Position numbers and translations under genes: made by a program
The notes under the pieces: model-generated
What the model was told of the DNA's origin: nothing
Database searches by the model: none
What the model saw: the letters and a program-made list of their open reading frames with translations, nothing else
NCBI GenBank assembly: GCA_030390025.1
Contig: CM059448.1
Coordinates: forward strand, 25,854,001-25,918,000
Source: Squalus acanthias
Lineage: Eukaryota
Direction: 5' to 3'
Length of the DNA stretch: 64,000 nucleotides
Shown here: positions 24,241 to 38,010 of the stretch, in pieces
Layout: each line of letters opens with the position of its first letter
How positions within the stretch are numbered: the stretch's first letter is position 1

Positions 24241-25393
24241 ATAAGAACATAAGAAACAGGAGCAGGAGTCGGCCAATCGGCCCCTCGAGCCTGCTCCGCC
24301 ATTCAATAAGATCATGGCTGATCCAATCTTGTCCTCAACACCACTTTCCCGCTCTCTCCCCATACCCCTCGACTCCCTTGTACAGTAGTTTAAATGTCTG
24401 TCAATCTCCACCTTGAATATATTCAATGACTTCGCCTCCACAGCTCTCCGGGGTAGAGAATTCCAAAGATTCACGACCCTCTGAGAGAAGAAATTCCTTC
24501 TCATCTCCATCTTAAATGGGCGACCCCTTATTCTGAAACTATGCCCCCTAGTTCTAGATACCCCCACTAGGGAAAACATCCTCTCAGCATCCACCATGTC
24601 AATCCCCCTCAGAATCTTACATGTTTCAATAGGATCACCTCTCATTCTTCTAAACTCCAATGAGTATTGGCCCAACCTGCTCAACCTTTCATCATACATC
24701 AACCCCTTCATCCCAGGAATCAACCTAGTGAACCTTCTCTGCACTGCCTCCAATGCAAGTACATCCTTCCTTAAATATGGAGACCACAACTGTACGCAGT
24801 ACTCCAGGTGCGGTCTCACCAGCGCCCTGTAAAGTTGCATCAAAACTTCCCTACTTTTATACTCCATACCCCTTGCAATAAAGGCCAACATTCCATTAGC
24901 CTTCCTAATTACTTGCTGTACCTGCATGCTAAGTTTTTGTGTTTAATGTACTAGGACCCCCAGATCCCTTTGTACCGCAGCATTTTGTAGTCTCACTCCA
25001 TTTAAATAATAATTTGCTTTTTCATCTTTCCAAAGTGGATAACCTCACATTTTCCCACATTGTACTCCATCTGCCAAATTTTTGCCCATTCACTTAACCT
25101 ATCCATATCCCTTTGCAGACTCTTTGTGTCCTCCCCACAACTTGCTAACCCACCTATCTTTGTATCATCAGCAAATTTGGATACATTACACTCGGTCCCT
25201 TCATCCAAGTCATTAATATAGATTGTAAATAGTTGAGGCCCCAGCACTGATCCCTGTGGCACCCCACTAGTTACTGGTTGCCAACCGGAAAATGACCCAT
25301 TTATCCCGACTCTCTGTTTTCTGTTAGTTAGCCAATCCCCTATCTATGCCAAAATATTACCATCAACCCTGTATGCTCTTATCTTGTGCAGTA
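24241..25393 (-). mobile_element. CR1 LINE, 5'-truncated (RT C-terminal half plus 3' UTR)
   Basis: ORFs 25002..25262 ([19 protein letters not shown]...KFADDTK) and 24106..24927. Terminal repeat ATAAGAACATAAGAA. Confidence 0.95.
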
Positions 25394-26672
25394 TGATCTG
25401 ACACGTATGCACGTATATTATTAAATAGGTATTTCTGATGATTGGATTTTGGCCAGAGCTGCTAAAGCCTGTTAATCTGGCTGGCTTGTTATCCTTAAAA
25501 GCCCTCAAAGGATATTGACCATCATTCCTGAAAGTGAACAAACATGATGAACTGGGCAAAAAGGATCAAGAGACCAGAAGGTGTGATCCAAAATAGATGC
25601 CAGGCGCGTCCTTCATCCTGCACAGGTTAAAGGTCAATAGTTAACATTTAAAATGTCTTTTTGCCAAGACCATTCTCATTTGTCAGGCACTATTTTGCTG
25701 TCCTGAGTGAAGTCGCAAAGAATGCTTAAATCATTGCAAATAAAATGGATCTGGAATAAATAAGTTCTCAAGTAGGTGAGGTTCATGTCTTGCCTCCCTT
25801 TCCCTTATTATAAGTGCAGCAAAAAGTATAAACCACGGCTTGTGATTATCTGCTAACAGCACGGACTTCGCCACAAGGAATGCATACTTTCAGGAATAAA
25901 CATAATGGGACATCATGATAATTAATATATCAAGATAATTACTCTCCTGTCAAAAAGAAATGGTGAATTCATTGGCAGCTAAAGGACGGAACATGGAACA
26001 ATAAAACCAGCTTGACTTTGGATTGTCCATTTGCATCAGAGCCAATTCAAGTTGAGAGCAGGCACAGGAGGAGATGGTTTCCAATTCGACTTCAGTGCAC
26101 CACCTGCTGCTCATCACTGAGAGCATTGTGCATTTTAATTCACACCAGAGTCTTGCCTTAAGAAACCGTATCCTTTCTGATGATTTAAACAGCCTGGATA
26201 TCAAAGGCGCACGGAAATTCCCTTGAACTAATCACAACAGTCAGAAATGTAAAGGCTACAATCTATTAAATATAGTTTCAGGGACTGAATCCAATCAAAC
26301 TACCATTTTTACTTGCATTCCTACACAGCTTCTGGCACCCAGTATGAATTTTTAAAAGAAACACAATTAAACTTTGTGATCGTTGAAGTATTTTAAATGA
26401 TTTGTTGAGCACAACTGATGTCTGATAGCTTTGAATGAGGCCTGTGGAGCTTCTGTAAAGCAACAGGTATCCCTTATTAACACACTTGGATTTGATGCTA
26501 TATTTAATTTGAATGCTGAAGTGCAGGATTTTGGAGGCCCACATAAAGTTTCGACAGAACCAGTGCTCTTTATTCTGCTGCTTGTAGCAAGACTGGGCGT
26601 TTTCTTTTTGGATTGAGAAGCTGAGGTAAACCACAGTTCAAGGAGTAGACGAAAAGATGCAAATAGTGAAAT

Positions 26673-26768
26673 AAGAACAGAAATTGCTGTCAATACATAG
26701 TAGGTCAGTGGCTATCTGTAAAGAGGAAAAGCAGGTTAATGTTTTGGGCGTGTATGTGTCATCAGAAT
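26673..26768 (-). mobile_element. Degenerate Penelope-like terminal fragment
   Basis: AAGAACAGAAATTGCTG...AGGTCAG...ATCTGTA...GTTAATGTTT...TCATCAGAA parallels 10933-11033. CUGAUGA is retained but the GAAA box is lost. Confidence 0.55.
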
Positions 26769-29700
26769 TTAATTTTGGATGCAAACAGTGGTTAGGGGAC
26801 ATCAAGGTTGGGTTTTAAAAGTTGATGTCTATCCAAGAGAATGGGATTGAATAGGTCAGGGTAGGAGGATCGTGTGGTGAGGCTCGATTTGAACATAGTG
26901 AGCATGCAGGGAGGATTATGTCCATAAGTTGTTGATAATGACATGACAGCTGTTGAACAAAAAAGGAAGTGGCACTTTGAATTGTAGCCTACCTCAGCTA
27001 TCAAAAGGGGTATGGGGGAGTATGGTCTCCTTCATTCAGTATAGACCTGATTGGATCCCCATTTGTGTAAATAGGTTTGCTGTAAGCCTGAGATCACACT
27101 TAACCGACAGTGCTTCAAGGGTTTTTAATCATCGCTGTGAGCTGCTCTTTGACTGTGCTGCGATCATTGATATTCACACAGCAGAGCTGCTTTCCCACTT
27201 CATTTTCAAATCTCTTGCATCTAAAGCTTTGCTTGGTCATTGGTGTGCTTCCATGCAACGCACACACTCCGATAAGTTGCTGTCTGCTGCAGAGCTTAAA
27301 AGTAGTAACAAAATAAAGCATGTTATCAGTGCGTGAGGATGAATGGCTGTGCAGAAAGTTTACAAGCCAGTGCTTTCAAACGGAGACCCCTCTTCCACTT
27401 CTGTCAGTGACTGTTCCACTCATAGAATAAAATAGATAGCAACATTTGACAGAATCTAGAACCTTTCTGCCTTTGTGCATTCAACCACTTAAAATATTTT
27501 TCACTGTACAGGTGACTCCCCTAACCTTAGGTATCTTAACTCTGTGGAATGCACGCATTTTTAACTCCTAAAATGGAACTCGGGAGAGGTGAGATGTCCT
27601 TCCCCCACAGGCATGCACATTTCCCAGTCTCCAGATGAGCAGAGATCACCTTGCTGGAATTTTCTGTACAGGCCTATTATCCATTGGAAATTCTCCAAAT
27701 ACATGAATATTTATGATTTATTTTTATATCTAGTAGTTTTTCCTTAACAAAATTCCAATTTTTTAAGTGCTAAACACCTATGTCTACTGGGACAGTCAAA
27801 AATATCAAATCAATAGTTACAGAAGTTTACCTTTTGCCTGTAGTCAAATGAATCCTTGAAGTATTCCTTCTTAAGATGGGAAGATTCACAGTGTAGAATG
27901 TGACATTCAACTGCAAGCACTGACCAATACTTAGCAGTCGCAGATCAGTATGGATTCCTTAGCATGGACTGAGGCATTTTTTTAAAAAACGGTAGTGGCC
28001 TTAATTGATTTTTAGTTTTCTGAAAGTGACTTTGACAAAAGAAATGAAATTCATTGAAGGAGTAAAAACAAACTGTCGCGATCACAAAATGCCATAGGTG
28101 ATTTGTGAGGTCATAGCATGGTGCTTTAATCAGCTGAAGGCTTGCATTTTGCATTCAGAAATAGGATCAAAAGGGAAAACTGTATCTGGTCAGAACAAAA
28201 CCATTCAGCGGGAAAACAATATTGAGTTGGGTTTTATTGAACCCCATCTTCCTGAAATGACACCTGTTAAAAGTTAAGAGAATATCCAGGATCAGTTTTA
28301 CTGAGGGTTATTTTCAGTAAAGCCAATTCAAAAGTTACTTATCCAATATATAGTGCTCAGTTAGTGTCATTTAGTATAACTTTAGATGTTGGTCAAAAGA
28401 AGCTATTATTCCATACTTTAAGTGGCTGTATCCCTTAGCAAACTCTATGTAAGGTAGTGTAAGATTCCCTCACTGGCTGTAGTTAAGAAGTTTCTTTATT
28501 TTAGTGCAGTCAAAATATTTGACTTAATTCAGTTACTACTTCTAAGCTTAATGCTCCATGCCAATATTCAGTAACAGCCATACGTTTTCTTTGCTGCTAT
28601 TGCTGCTTTCCATTGCGCTGGATTTATCTGCAGCATACATAACCTCCACAAACTGGGCCTTGTTCTGGAAGGCGGTTGGGCCTGGGATTAATGATTTAAA
28701 ACCAATGGTGTTCATTGAACCTGAGTAAATGCCTCCAAGCTGAAAGCATACCTGACATGATCAGGGTTCAAAATTCCTAGTCGTCTTGCACTGCGATATT
28801 TGTTGGGCCCCTAAATTAAATATAAAGTCCAGCTGGTGAAGTGCGTCGATTATCTGAGGGAAGATTCCAAATGGTCGAAATGTACAGTTTGCCATGTGAA
28901 CCTCGCCACTGGACTAAGATCTATCGCCAAAGTGCTGGCAGAACTTGCTTCTGTTTATGTGGCTCAGATTCATTGCTAAACTATCGGACCTGATTGGTAG
29001 GTAGCCTCACTGACAATGAAAAAGAAAAATTGGATTTCTGCCCTAAACATCCAAGAGGATATGGAGGTTTTTGAACAGTGTATATATGAGAAAGTGATCC
29101 ATTTTGAACAGTAAGTGACATGATGGTTCTGGACGAATCCTGTGTATTTTATCTGTGATCGTACTTCTTATACCCAGGACATGTTTTCCAAGTGGCTGAA
29201 CTCCATCGTCCTTCTGTGGGAAAGCACTGCATGGAGGCTAGTGTTTCCCCAAAGAGGAAGAAAGTAAATCTAAGGGGGAGGCTGTCATCCATCTACTTTT
29301 GTATTCCTCTCGGTGTCCAGCACAAAAGTGGTATTAGAGTTCTTGGAGCAGTTCCTCTCACTGCCCTCTCGTATACACTCCACATGTAGTTAATTAAGTC
29401 TGAAACTCAGTCACTATTATACAGTCCCAACTCTCAGCCATAATGTCCATGCCCCTAATGTGTATAAGTGGTTTGTTAGGTGTGGTCTGCATTGTAAAAT
29501 CAAGGCACCATAAATCGCAGGTTCTCTCACTCCTCATTACAGCTATTGGTTTCCGATAATGCTTGCACATTGCGTTTTTGCTTCCAGCAGGAAGTGATTT
29601 CACCAGTATTCTGTAAACTACACACACCAGGCTACATATCCCTTAAGCCTGTTTTACCATATCTTTACCATGAGAACCCAAAACCAACTCTGAAGAGCAA

Positions 29701-30266
29701 ACTTAATGGGAAGGCTTGATAATCTTTGGACATCATAATATATTGGGAGCTGTAAAGAAGTTTTAATGGCTGTGTTATTTGATCCACCATAGTTGGTGAA
29801 GCAAGACAGTGTGTGGGTAGGCTACCTCCTTTCTCTCCTCAATTAGTACAAGAGAGGTACCTGATCTACAATGATATTTGTTTTTTATAGCTTATAATTG
29901 ATTATTGGTAAAATATTAGCACTGTGGTAAGTGAAAGATTTCCTCTTTTACGGATATTATAAACTTATGGGAAACGAACTTGAAATCACAACAGATGAGC
30001 AAGGGATTAATGTTCACTCAATTTTGCAATGCATCTTCCTCGAAAAGGATTAGAGTGCGTTCACAGTAGTGTGACTCCACAATATGGCTGCAGACCACAG
30101 ACTTGCCCCATTAGCTTGTGCAGGCACAGGCCTGAGAAAGTTAGCGTTGCCGTAGCTTAGTTTTGATGATCCTGGAGAAGTTTATGGCCAAAGTGATGAT
30201 GCTCTTCCAGCTGAAAGATAATATAGGGCATTGAATACAGATGAACTCCATCCCAAAATTGAAGCT

Positions 30267-32760
30267 CATAGATACATAGAAGAGTACAGCACAGTACAGG
30301 CCCTTCGGCCCTCGATGTTGTGCCGAGCATTGTCCGAGACCAAGATCAAGCTATCACACTCCCTATCACTCTGGTGTGCTCCATGTGCTTATCCAATAAC
30401 CGCTTGAAAGTTCCTAAAGTGTCCGACTCCACTATCACAGCAGGCAGTCCATTCCACACCCCAACCACTCTCTGAGTAAAGAATCTACCTCGGACATCCC
30501 TTCTATATCTCCCCCCATGCACCTTATAGTTATGCCCCCTTGTAACCCCGAGGAAATAGTCTCTGAACATCCACTCTATCTATCCCCCTCATCATCTTAT
30601 AAACCTCTATTAAGTCGCCTCTCATCCTTCTCCGCTCTAAAGAGAAAAGCCCCAACTCCCTCAATCTTTCCTCATAAGACCTCCCCCCCAAACCAGGCAG
30701 CATCCTGGTAAATCTCCTTTGCACTCTTTCCAATGCTTCCACGTCCTTCCTATAGTGAGGTGACCAGAACTGCACACAATATTCCAAATGTGGTCTCACC
30801 AAGGTCCTGTACAGTTGCAGCATAACCTCACGGTTCTTAAACTCAAACCCTCTGTTAATAAACGCCAACACACCATAGGCCTTCTTTACTGCTCTATCCA
30901 CTTGAGTGGCAACCTTCAGAGATCTGTGGATATGAACCCCCAGATCCCTCTGCTCCTCCACGTTCCTCAGAACCCTGCCGTTGACCCTGTAATCCTTATT
31001 CAAATTTGCCCTACCAAAATGAATCACCTCGCACTTATCAGGGTTAAATTCCATCTGCCATTTTTCGGCCCAGCTCTGCATCCTATCAATGTCTCTTTGC
31101 AGCCTACAACTGCCCTCCACCTCATCCACTACTCCACCAATCTTGGTGTCATCAGCAAATTTACTAATCCACCCTTCAGTCCCCTCCTCCAAGTCATTGA
31201 TAAAAATCACAAACAGCAGAGGACCCAGCACCGACCCCTGTGGCACACCGCTGGTAACTGGTCTCCAGTCCGAAAATGTTCCATCCACCACCACCCTCTG
31301 CCTTCTATGAGATAGCCAGTTACTTATCCAATCGGCCAAATTTCCCTCTATCCCACAACTCCTTACTTTCTTCATGAGACGACCATGGGGAACCTTATCA
31401 AACGCCTTACTAAAATCCATGTATACGACATCAACTGCTCTACCTTCATCTACACACTTAGTTACCTCCTCAAAGAATTCAATCAAATTTGTTAGGCAAG
31501 ACTTACCCTTCACGAATCCGTGTTGACTATCCCTGATTAAGTTGCCCCTTTCCAAATGGTCATAAATCCTATCCCTCAGGACCTTTTCCATTATCTTACC
31601 AACCACCGAAGTAAGACTAACCGGCCTATAATTACCAGGGTCATTCCTATTTCCTTTCTTGAAGAGAGGAACAACATTCGCCACTCTCCAGTCCTCTGGC
31701 ACCATCCCCGTGGACAGTGAGGACCCAAAGATCAAAGCCAGAGGCTCTGCAATCTCCTCCCTTGCCTCCCAAAGAATCCTAGGATATATCCCATCTGGCC
31801 CAGGGGACTTATCGACCCTCAGGTTCTTCAAAATTGCTAAAACATCTTCCCTCAGAACATCTACCACCTCCAGCCTATCCACCTTTATCACACTCTCATC
31901 CTCAAGAACATGGCCCCTCTCCTCGGTGAACACTGACGAAAAGTATTCATTCATCACCTCTCCTATCTCTGCTGACTCCATGCACAAGTTCCCACTACTG
32001 TCCTTGACCGGCCCTACCCTCACCCTGGTCATTCTTTTATTTCTCACATAAGAGTAAAAAGCCTTGGGGTTTTTCTTGATCCGACCCGCCAAGGACTTCT
32101 CATGCCCCCTCCTAGCTCTCCTAAGCTCTTTTTTTAGCTCATTCCTTGCTACCTTGTACCCCTCAATCGACCCAACTGAACCTTGTTTTCTCATCCTTAC
32201 ATACGCTTCCTTTTTCCTCTTGACTAGACATTTAACCTTTTTTGTGAACCATGGTTCTCTCACTCGGCCATTTCCTCCCTGCCTGACAGGGACATACCTA
32301 TCAAGGACACGCAGTAATTGCTCCATGAAAAAGCTCCACTTTTCGTTTGTGCCTTTCCCTGATAGTTTCTGTTCCCATCTTATACTCCCTAATTCTTGGC
32401 TAATCGCATCATAATTACCCCTCCCCCAATTATAAACCCTGCCCTGCCGTATGGCCCTATCCCTCTCCATTGCAATAGTGAAAGTTACCGAATTGTGGTC
32501 ACTATCTCCAAAGTGCTCTCCCACATACAAATCAAACACTTGGCCCGGTTCATTACCCAGTACCAAATCCAACGTGGCCCCACCTCTTGTCGGCCTATCC
32601 ACATATTGTGTCAGGAAACCCTCCTGCACACACTGTGCAAAAACTATCCCATCCGAACTGTTTGACCTATAAAGGTTCCAATCAATATTTGGAAAGTTGA
32701 AGTCACCCATGACAACTATTCTGTGACCTCCACACCTATTCATAATCTGCTTTGCAATTT
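30267..32760 (-). mobile_element. Young 5'-truncated CR1 LINE with long open ORF2 (C-terminal endonuclease plus full RT)
   Basis: 775-aa ORF 30530..32857 with APE motifs VMGDFNFPNIDW, LDLVL, GDSDHN and RT motifs [33 protein letters not shown]. The first ~33 aa come from flanking DNA. One frameshift near 30555; tail CATAGATACATAGA. Confidence 0.97.
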
Positions 32761-33388
32761 CATTCAAATTAGAGGGAGGATCCAGTTGGACAGAGCCCTT
32801 TGAGTTTTTGAAGATTGCATTTAGATTTGGCTTAAGTGTGTATGCATGGAACATCATTCAAATGGAACTGTGTTCCCATAAAAATATATTAATTCCCACA
32901 AAAAGAAAATGTGCCAAGGTTTCCATGTGAATAGCTTCATTGGCAGGGTGTGTGGCGAGCTTGGACAGATACAGAGCCTTTTTCAAGATTGCGATATTTT
33001 CTTGTGTTTGCTCATGTCAGCACACACTGCCATTAGCAACAAGAGGGAAATGTGGTGAAAGACCATCAAGTGTTCGCCCATGTTATAGTAGCATGCAGAT
33101 AAATAGGCCAGTTTGGAGCAGACTTGCTTGAAAGAAATTGGCTTTCTCTCAGTGATCTTTGGAGGTGTTGAATTAGAACCTGAGCCTTCAGGGTGGGTGG
33201 GCGCCCTTTTCTTGTTTCAACATTCTTATGAGCAAAGAATTAAATCTGTTTGGTTTTAAGATGCTGGTGAAACCAAATCCTGTTCCAAAGCTACCGTTCT
33301 AACCTAATTTTAAATAAAGTACGCAGTATATAACAGAAGAGGTGCAAAATGCTTTGCTTGTTTTTATTGTGCACTTTATCATTTGTAA

Positions 33389-33577
<189 letters not shown>

Positions 33578-35063
33578 TAATGATCGAAGGTCTGTGTTAG
33601 CAACTTTTGTCAGTTAGATTCTGAATTGAGGTCACCTTGACACCCTAAACATTAACTAAGGGAAGGAGATCTCATCACCTGTTTGAGCTGACTGTGAATC
33701 AGATCCATGCTCCAAAGTAATTCTTCAAATCATCAAACAGGAAAAGATGTTGGTCAACTCTCCTATTGGTTTGGGGAAAAGAGAAACGGTGTGTGCTATT
33801 TCTGTCACGTTGATGTCACTGTGATGGACATAGAGCTCCTCATACCTCAAACAATTAGGTTTATATAGTATATCATTTTTGATATTAGCTTTGATGCAAT
33901 AATGTGAGTTTAAAATTAACTTAAATTAGCTGTGGTTGAGAAAGAGTTCTTTGATCTTGGCACTGGGATGGAAAAACCAATCGGCAAACCTATTTAGAGA
34001 TGTAGATAATTCCCAGTCAGGTCCCCTTAATGACATTGCTGCTCTTACTCGCACGTTAATTGTATCAAAACTTACCTCGTGTTTTTGAAGTATTGATATG
34101 TGTGCGTTTGCCTCAAAGACATAAAAATGGAAGCTGTTGCTATCTCAAGTTTAACACTTGTAGCAGTTATGATTGTATGGCCATTGTGAGGAATCCATTT
34201 GATCATCAGGAGAAATCTGCCATTGGAATCCTAAAAAAAAAAATTCTATAAGGAGTTGGGGGGCATATCCCTGATTCATAGAATCATAGAATAGTACAAC
34301 ACAGAAGCAGGCCATTCGGCCCATTGAGTCTGCGCCAGCTCTTTCCCTGTTTTGACTGCTTGTTTCCACGATAAAGCAGGGAAAGGGTGTTACACGCATT
34401 TCATCAGAGACTAAGTTCAAAATTTATTGGAATGGACTTCTAAAGATTTAAAACCCTTTATTGTTTTGAAACGGTTTAAGTAATGAATCAAGTATTATAC
34501 TGCTATCTTCTTGCTCGGTGTATCTGCTTTTACGTAATTAAACTGCTTGCAAATAAATGTGACTGTTAGTTTTAGTCAGACGCTGGTCTTTTCCATCTAT
34601 TGAAGCAGACAGGGATGCGGTGGATAGCCCATGTAATTTCCAATGCATCATACCATGGTGAAAGAGTAATTGTTAGTCCTGTGTCATGTTCCATTCACAT
34701 CATGAAAAAGGTTACAGATCTCACTTGGTAGGAGACACAGGCCTGCTTAGGGAAGTGACCTTTTTGCTGAGTGAAGTGTGTTGTGGAAAAGCCCAAATTG
34801 TAACAGTCACATCCAGTTAACATGATGATTTGTTTCAATGTGACCTATCTACAAAAAAACAGAAGGCAATTTTTATTTTCGCTGCGCATCTTATAGACCT
34901 CATTTATACAAAGAATGTGTGATGAAACTGCTTTATTTTATCCGCACCTTGGAATTCCACAATGTTTCGCCAGGTCAGTTGGGGTGCACGTTGAAGTATC
35001 CTTTGTTGATAAAATGCCTCAGCTCAGAATGAGAAACATTAGGCCAATATAGTCTTATATCGA

Positions 35064-35365
35064 GAACTCAGGGGCATAGTTTCGGAATAAAGGGTCGCCC
35101 TTTTAGAACTGAGATGAGGAGGAATTTCTTCTCTCAGAGGGTTGTAAGTCTGTGGAATTCTCTGCCCCAGAGAGCCGTGGAGGCTGGGTCATTAAATACA
35201 TTTAAGGTGGAGATAGACAGATTTTTACAAGATAAGGGAGTGAAGAGTTATGGGGAGCGGGCAGGGAAATGGCTTTGAGCCCAAGATCAGCCATGATCTT
35301 ATTGAATGGCGGAGCAGGCTCGAGGGACCAAGTGGCCTATTCCTGCTCCTATTTCTTATGTTCTA
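35064..35365 (+). mobile_element. CR1 LINE 3' end fragment
   Basis: AGAACTCAGGGGCATAG...GAGATGAGGAGGAATTTCTTCTCTCAGAGG...CCTGCTCCTATTTCTTATGTTCT. Confidence 0.9.
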
Positions 35366-37237
35366 ATATTGCCCCACAAAAATGCATCTGCTGATGGCTG
35401 ATCATGGAACAGTGCTGCCAGTAACCATGGAGAGGCGGGCAACCCAAACTGTTCAACTGTCCTAGCTAAATGAGGAAAGATGGTGCTGACTTGGGATAGC
35501 AGGGAAACTAAGACAGAAATATCTATCTATGATATAATATATTAAAACTCTTACCTGTACACACTTCCTACAAGTGTAACACTTCTGTGGCTGTTTTCAG
35601 TCACCCTTCCGAGTACTTTTTAATCATAATCAGATTTATTATAATTATTCCCAAATTTATTCTAATCTGCCTTTTTAAAAAACTTATCTCTGATTGGTTG
35701 ATTCTAATATGAGATTGACACCTGATTGCTAGCCCTGGCTTCAACTTTTCCAAGAGCTACTGCAAACCGGGTTAAAGCAAACCGAGAACAATTGAACAGC
35801 CCCGAGCAGTATTGGACTACGTAGCTACGTTTTCGTGAAACTGAGAAGAGGCTGGTCAGTTGAGCAGCTCGTTAATTGTTCCCATCCGGTACTGCCTAAT
35901 GCTATGAAAACATTACCAAGACCTCCGAAATGAAATTGGTAAACAGTATTAGAAGCAATTCTACTTTAGAACCGTCCAGTTAAAATAGTCCACTGGATTT
36001 TCCTTCAAGTCCGTTAATCTCTTCCAAAGTTGCTTTATTGAAGGGGATTTTAAGGTGTTGCACAGACCAGCAAACTAGTCACAGCCGATCAGCTTCTTGC
36101 AAGTAGCTTTAGCTCGACAGTAATTGAATTCTAGCAATTTATGACAGCGATTATGTTCTAACTTTAAACTCAGTGAGGTCAGATATGTTACATGAACAGT
36201 GCTGAAAGCCACAAAGTAGGATTCCTCGTCTACCCTTTTAAAGCCACCACATTGAATTCCCCACGTATGCTGTCACTTGGATTCTCTTGTGGCCTCATTA
36301 TAATAGGCTGTGGGAAGTGTCATAGAGGCAACTGAATGGAGTGTGGAATGGACGAGGTTTGTCAGTGGGTTACCACACAGACTTTCTGATGATGGGAGCT
36401 GGGTTTAAATATAGCACAGATGGTTTGTTAAGGTCTTATGTGAAATGAGTTTGGGCAGTTCCAACCCAGTTCCTATTGGCTGTGAGCCCATAGCAAGGGT
36501 AGTGCTAGTTTTACTGGTGCAGGAAGATTTGAAGCCAAAGAAAGAGTTGCTTCACATTTTGCCTAAGCATGAAAGAAAGTGAAGTCAGTATGACATTTGA
36601 AAGAACTGCTCAGAATCTGAAATGTATCCATGTCAGGATAAAGTAAAAGAAGAACGTTAATTGTATCCATATAATTTGGCACTAATGAGACAATCTCAGC
36701 CAGGGAGACCACAGGGTAGCTGGTGTCGGAACTGGAAAATGTTAGAGGAATGCAGGCAGTTGGAGAAGCTCTTCTGAGATTGGGATCAAGACACACTGTT
36801 GGGGCTGTGCAGACGGAGCTTTATTCTGCACCTAGGTGTGCGGTGGATGACTTTATTGAAATGGGAAATGTTACTTTTCCTAGTGTTAATATCGCTCTCC
36901 TTCAATTTTTTTCCTCCCAAAGCTTGCCGAAGCAACAATCTACTTGCTAGCCTAACAACAGTTTGAAGATGTATGTTTGGTGTAATATGGTACACATCAA
37001 CCAAAATAGGAGTAGAATGCTGTTGTTTCTCAGAACAGTTGCTGGGTTATAAACAGCGAACAAAAGAAGGGGCTTGAAATGTGTAAGAAAAATCACCAGC
37101 TGCTGTTTCCTACTCCGAAGATAGCTGCTTTGTTCTCCTACAGTTACTGGCCTAAATTAAACATTTCACCTGCTCAACAGAACTGTCAGAAATGGTTTAT
37201 CTTTCCACATTAACTGGCTTTCTATCTTCCTCCACAG

Positions 37238-37309
37238 ACCTCCAATCCCATTGATGTGGCAGGGAGGCCTGGAGCTGTCCCCCATACCCTGCTGCAGAAA
37301 GACCCCAGG
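37238..37309 (+). CDS. AUTS2: AUTS2 exon 12-equivalent (72 nt, phase 0-0)
   Basis: cctccacag| [24 protein letters not shown] |gtaaat. Confidence 0.97.
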
Positions 37310-37679
37310 GTAAATGTTGGCTGATTTCTATAAAAGCTGTCTCTTTGTAATCCATTTTTTATTAGTGCAATAATCTTGGGTAATCTGCTAGTTGTTTAAT
37401 ATCTGCCATATTGTCATACTGCTTGTTTAAATAGGTTTTAAATGAACAATTAAACCAGCAAACTATCAGCGCCGGGGATGGAAATATTTACGCTAAGTGT
37501 TAATTGTTGTTTTCTAACCTGGTGGCGAGACATGCCAGTAGCTACCACCCAACGTCTGCCCACATGATAGATGGGTACTGATTTTAGAACTGGGGCAAAT
37601 ATTAGGGAATTTAAGGTCCCTGGCAAAGACGCCAACATTATTCTAAAGGAAGCTGGACAATTAAATAAGAATGTATTTA

Positions 37680-38010
37680 TTATGACCTGGAATGCACTGT
37701 CTGACAGGGTGGTGGAAGCATATTCAGCAGTAACTTTCAAAAAGGAATTGGATAAATACTTGAGGGGCAGATAATTGCAGGGCTTTGGGGAAAGAGCAGG
37801 GGAGTGGGACTAATTGGATAGCTGTCAAAGAGCCGGCACGGGCACAATGGGCTGAATGGCCTCCTTCTGTGCTGTAAATTGGAAAGGCAAGAATGTAAAT
37901 GGGTTTGAGCAAAGGGCTCAGAAATGGGATTAGAATAGTCAGCTCCCGTTGAAGAGCTAGCACTGGCATAGAGACGATGGGCCAAATGGCTTTCTTCTGT
38001 GCTGTAACTT
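37680..38010 (+). mobile_element. CR1 3' end fragments (two adjacent)
   Basis: TWNALSDRVVEAYSAVTFKKELDKYL followed by the 3' UTR AATGGCCTCCTTCTGTGCTGTAA, with a second UTR end at ~38005. Confidence 0.8.

Noticed and set aside
30530-32857. 775-aa ORF as a host gene or novel RT system
   Set aside because: It is a standard CR1 ORF2 with 3' UTR and tail, 5'-truncated within the endonuclease; the N-terminal residues come from flanking DNA.
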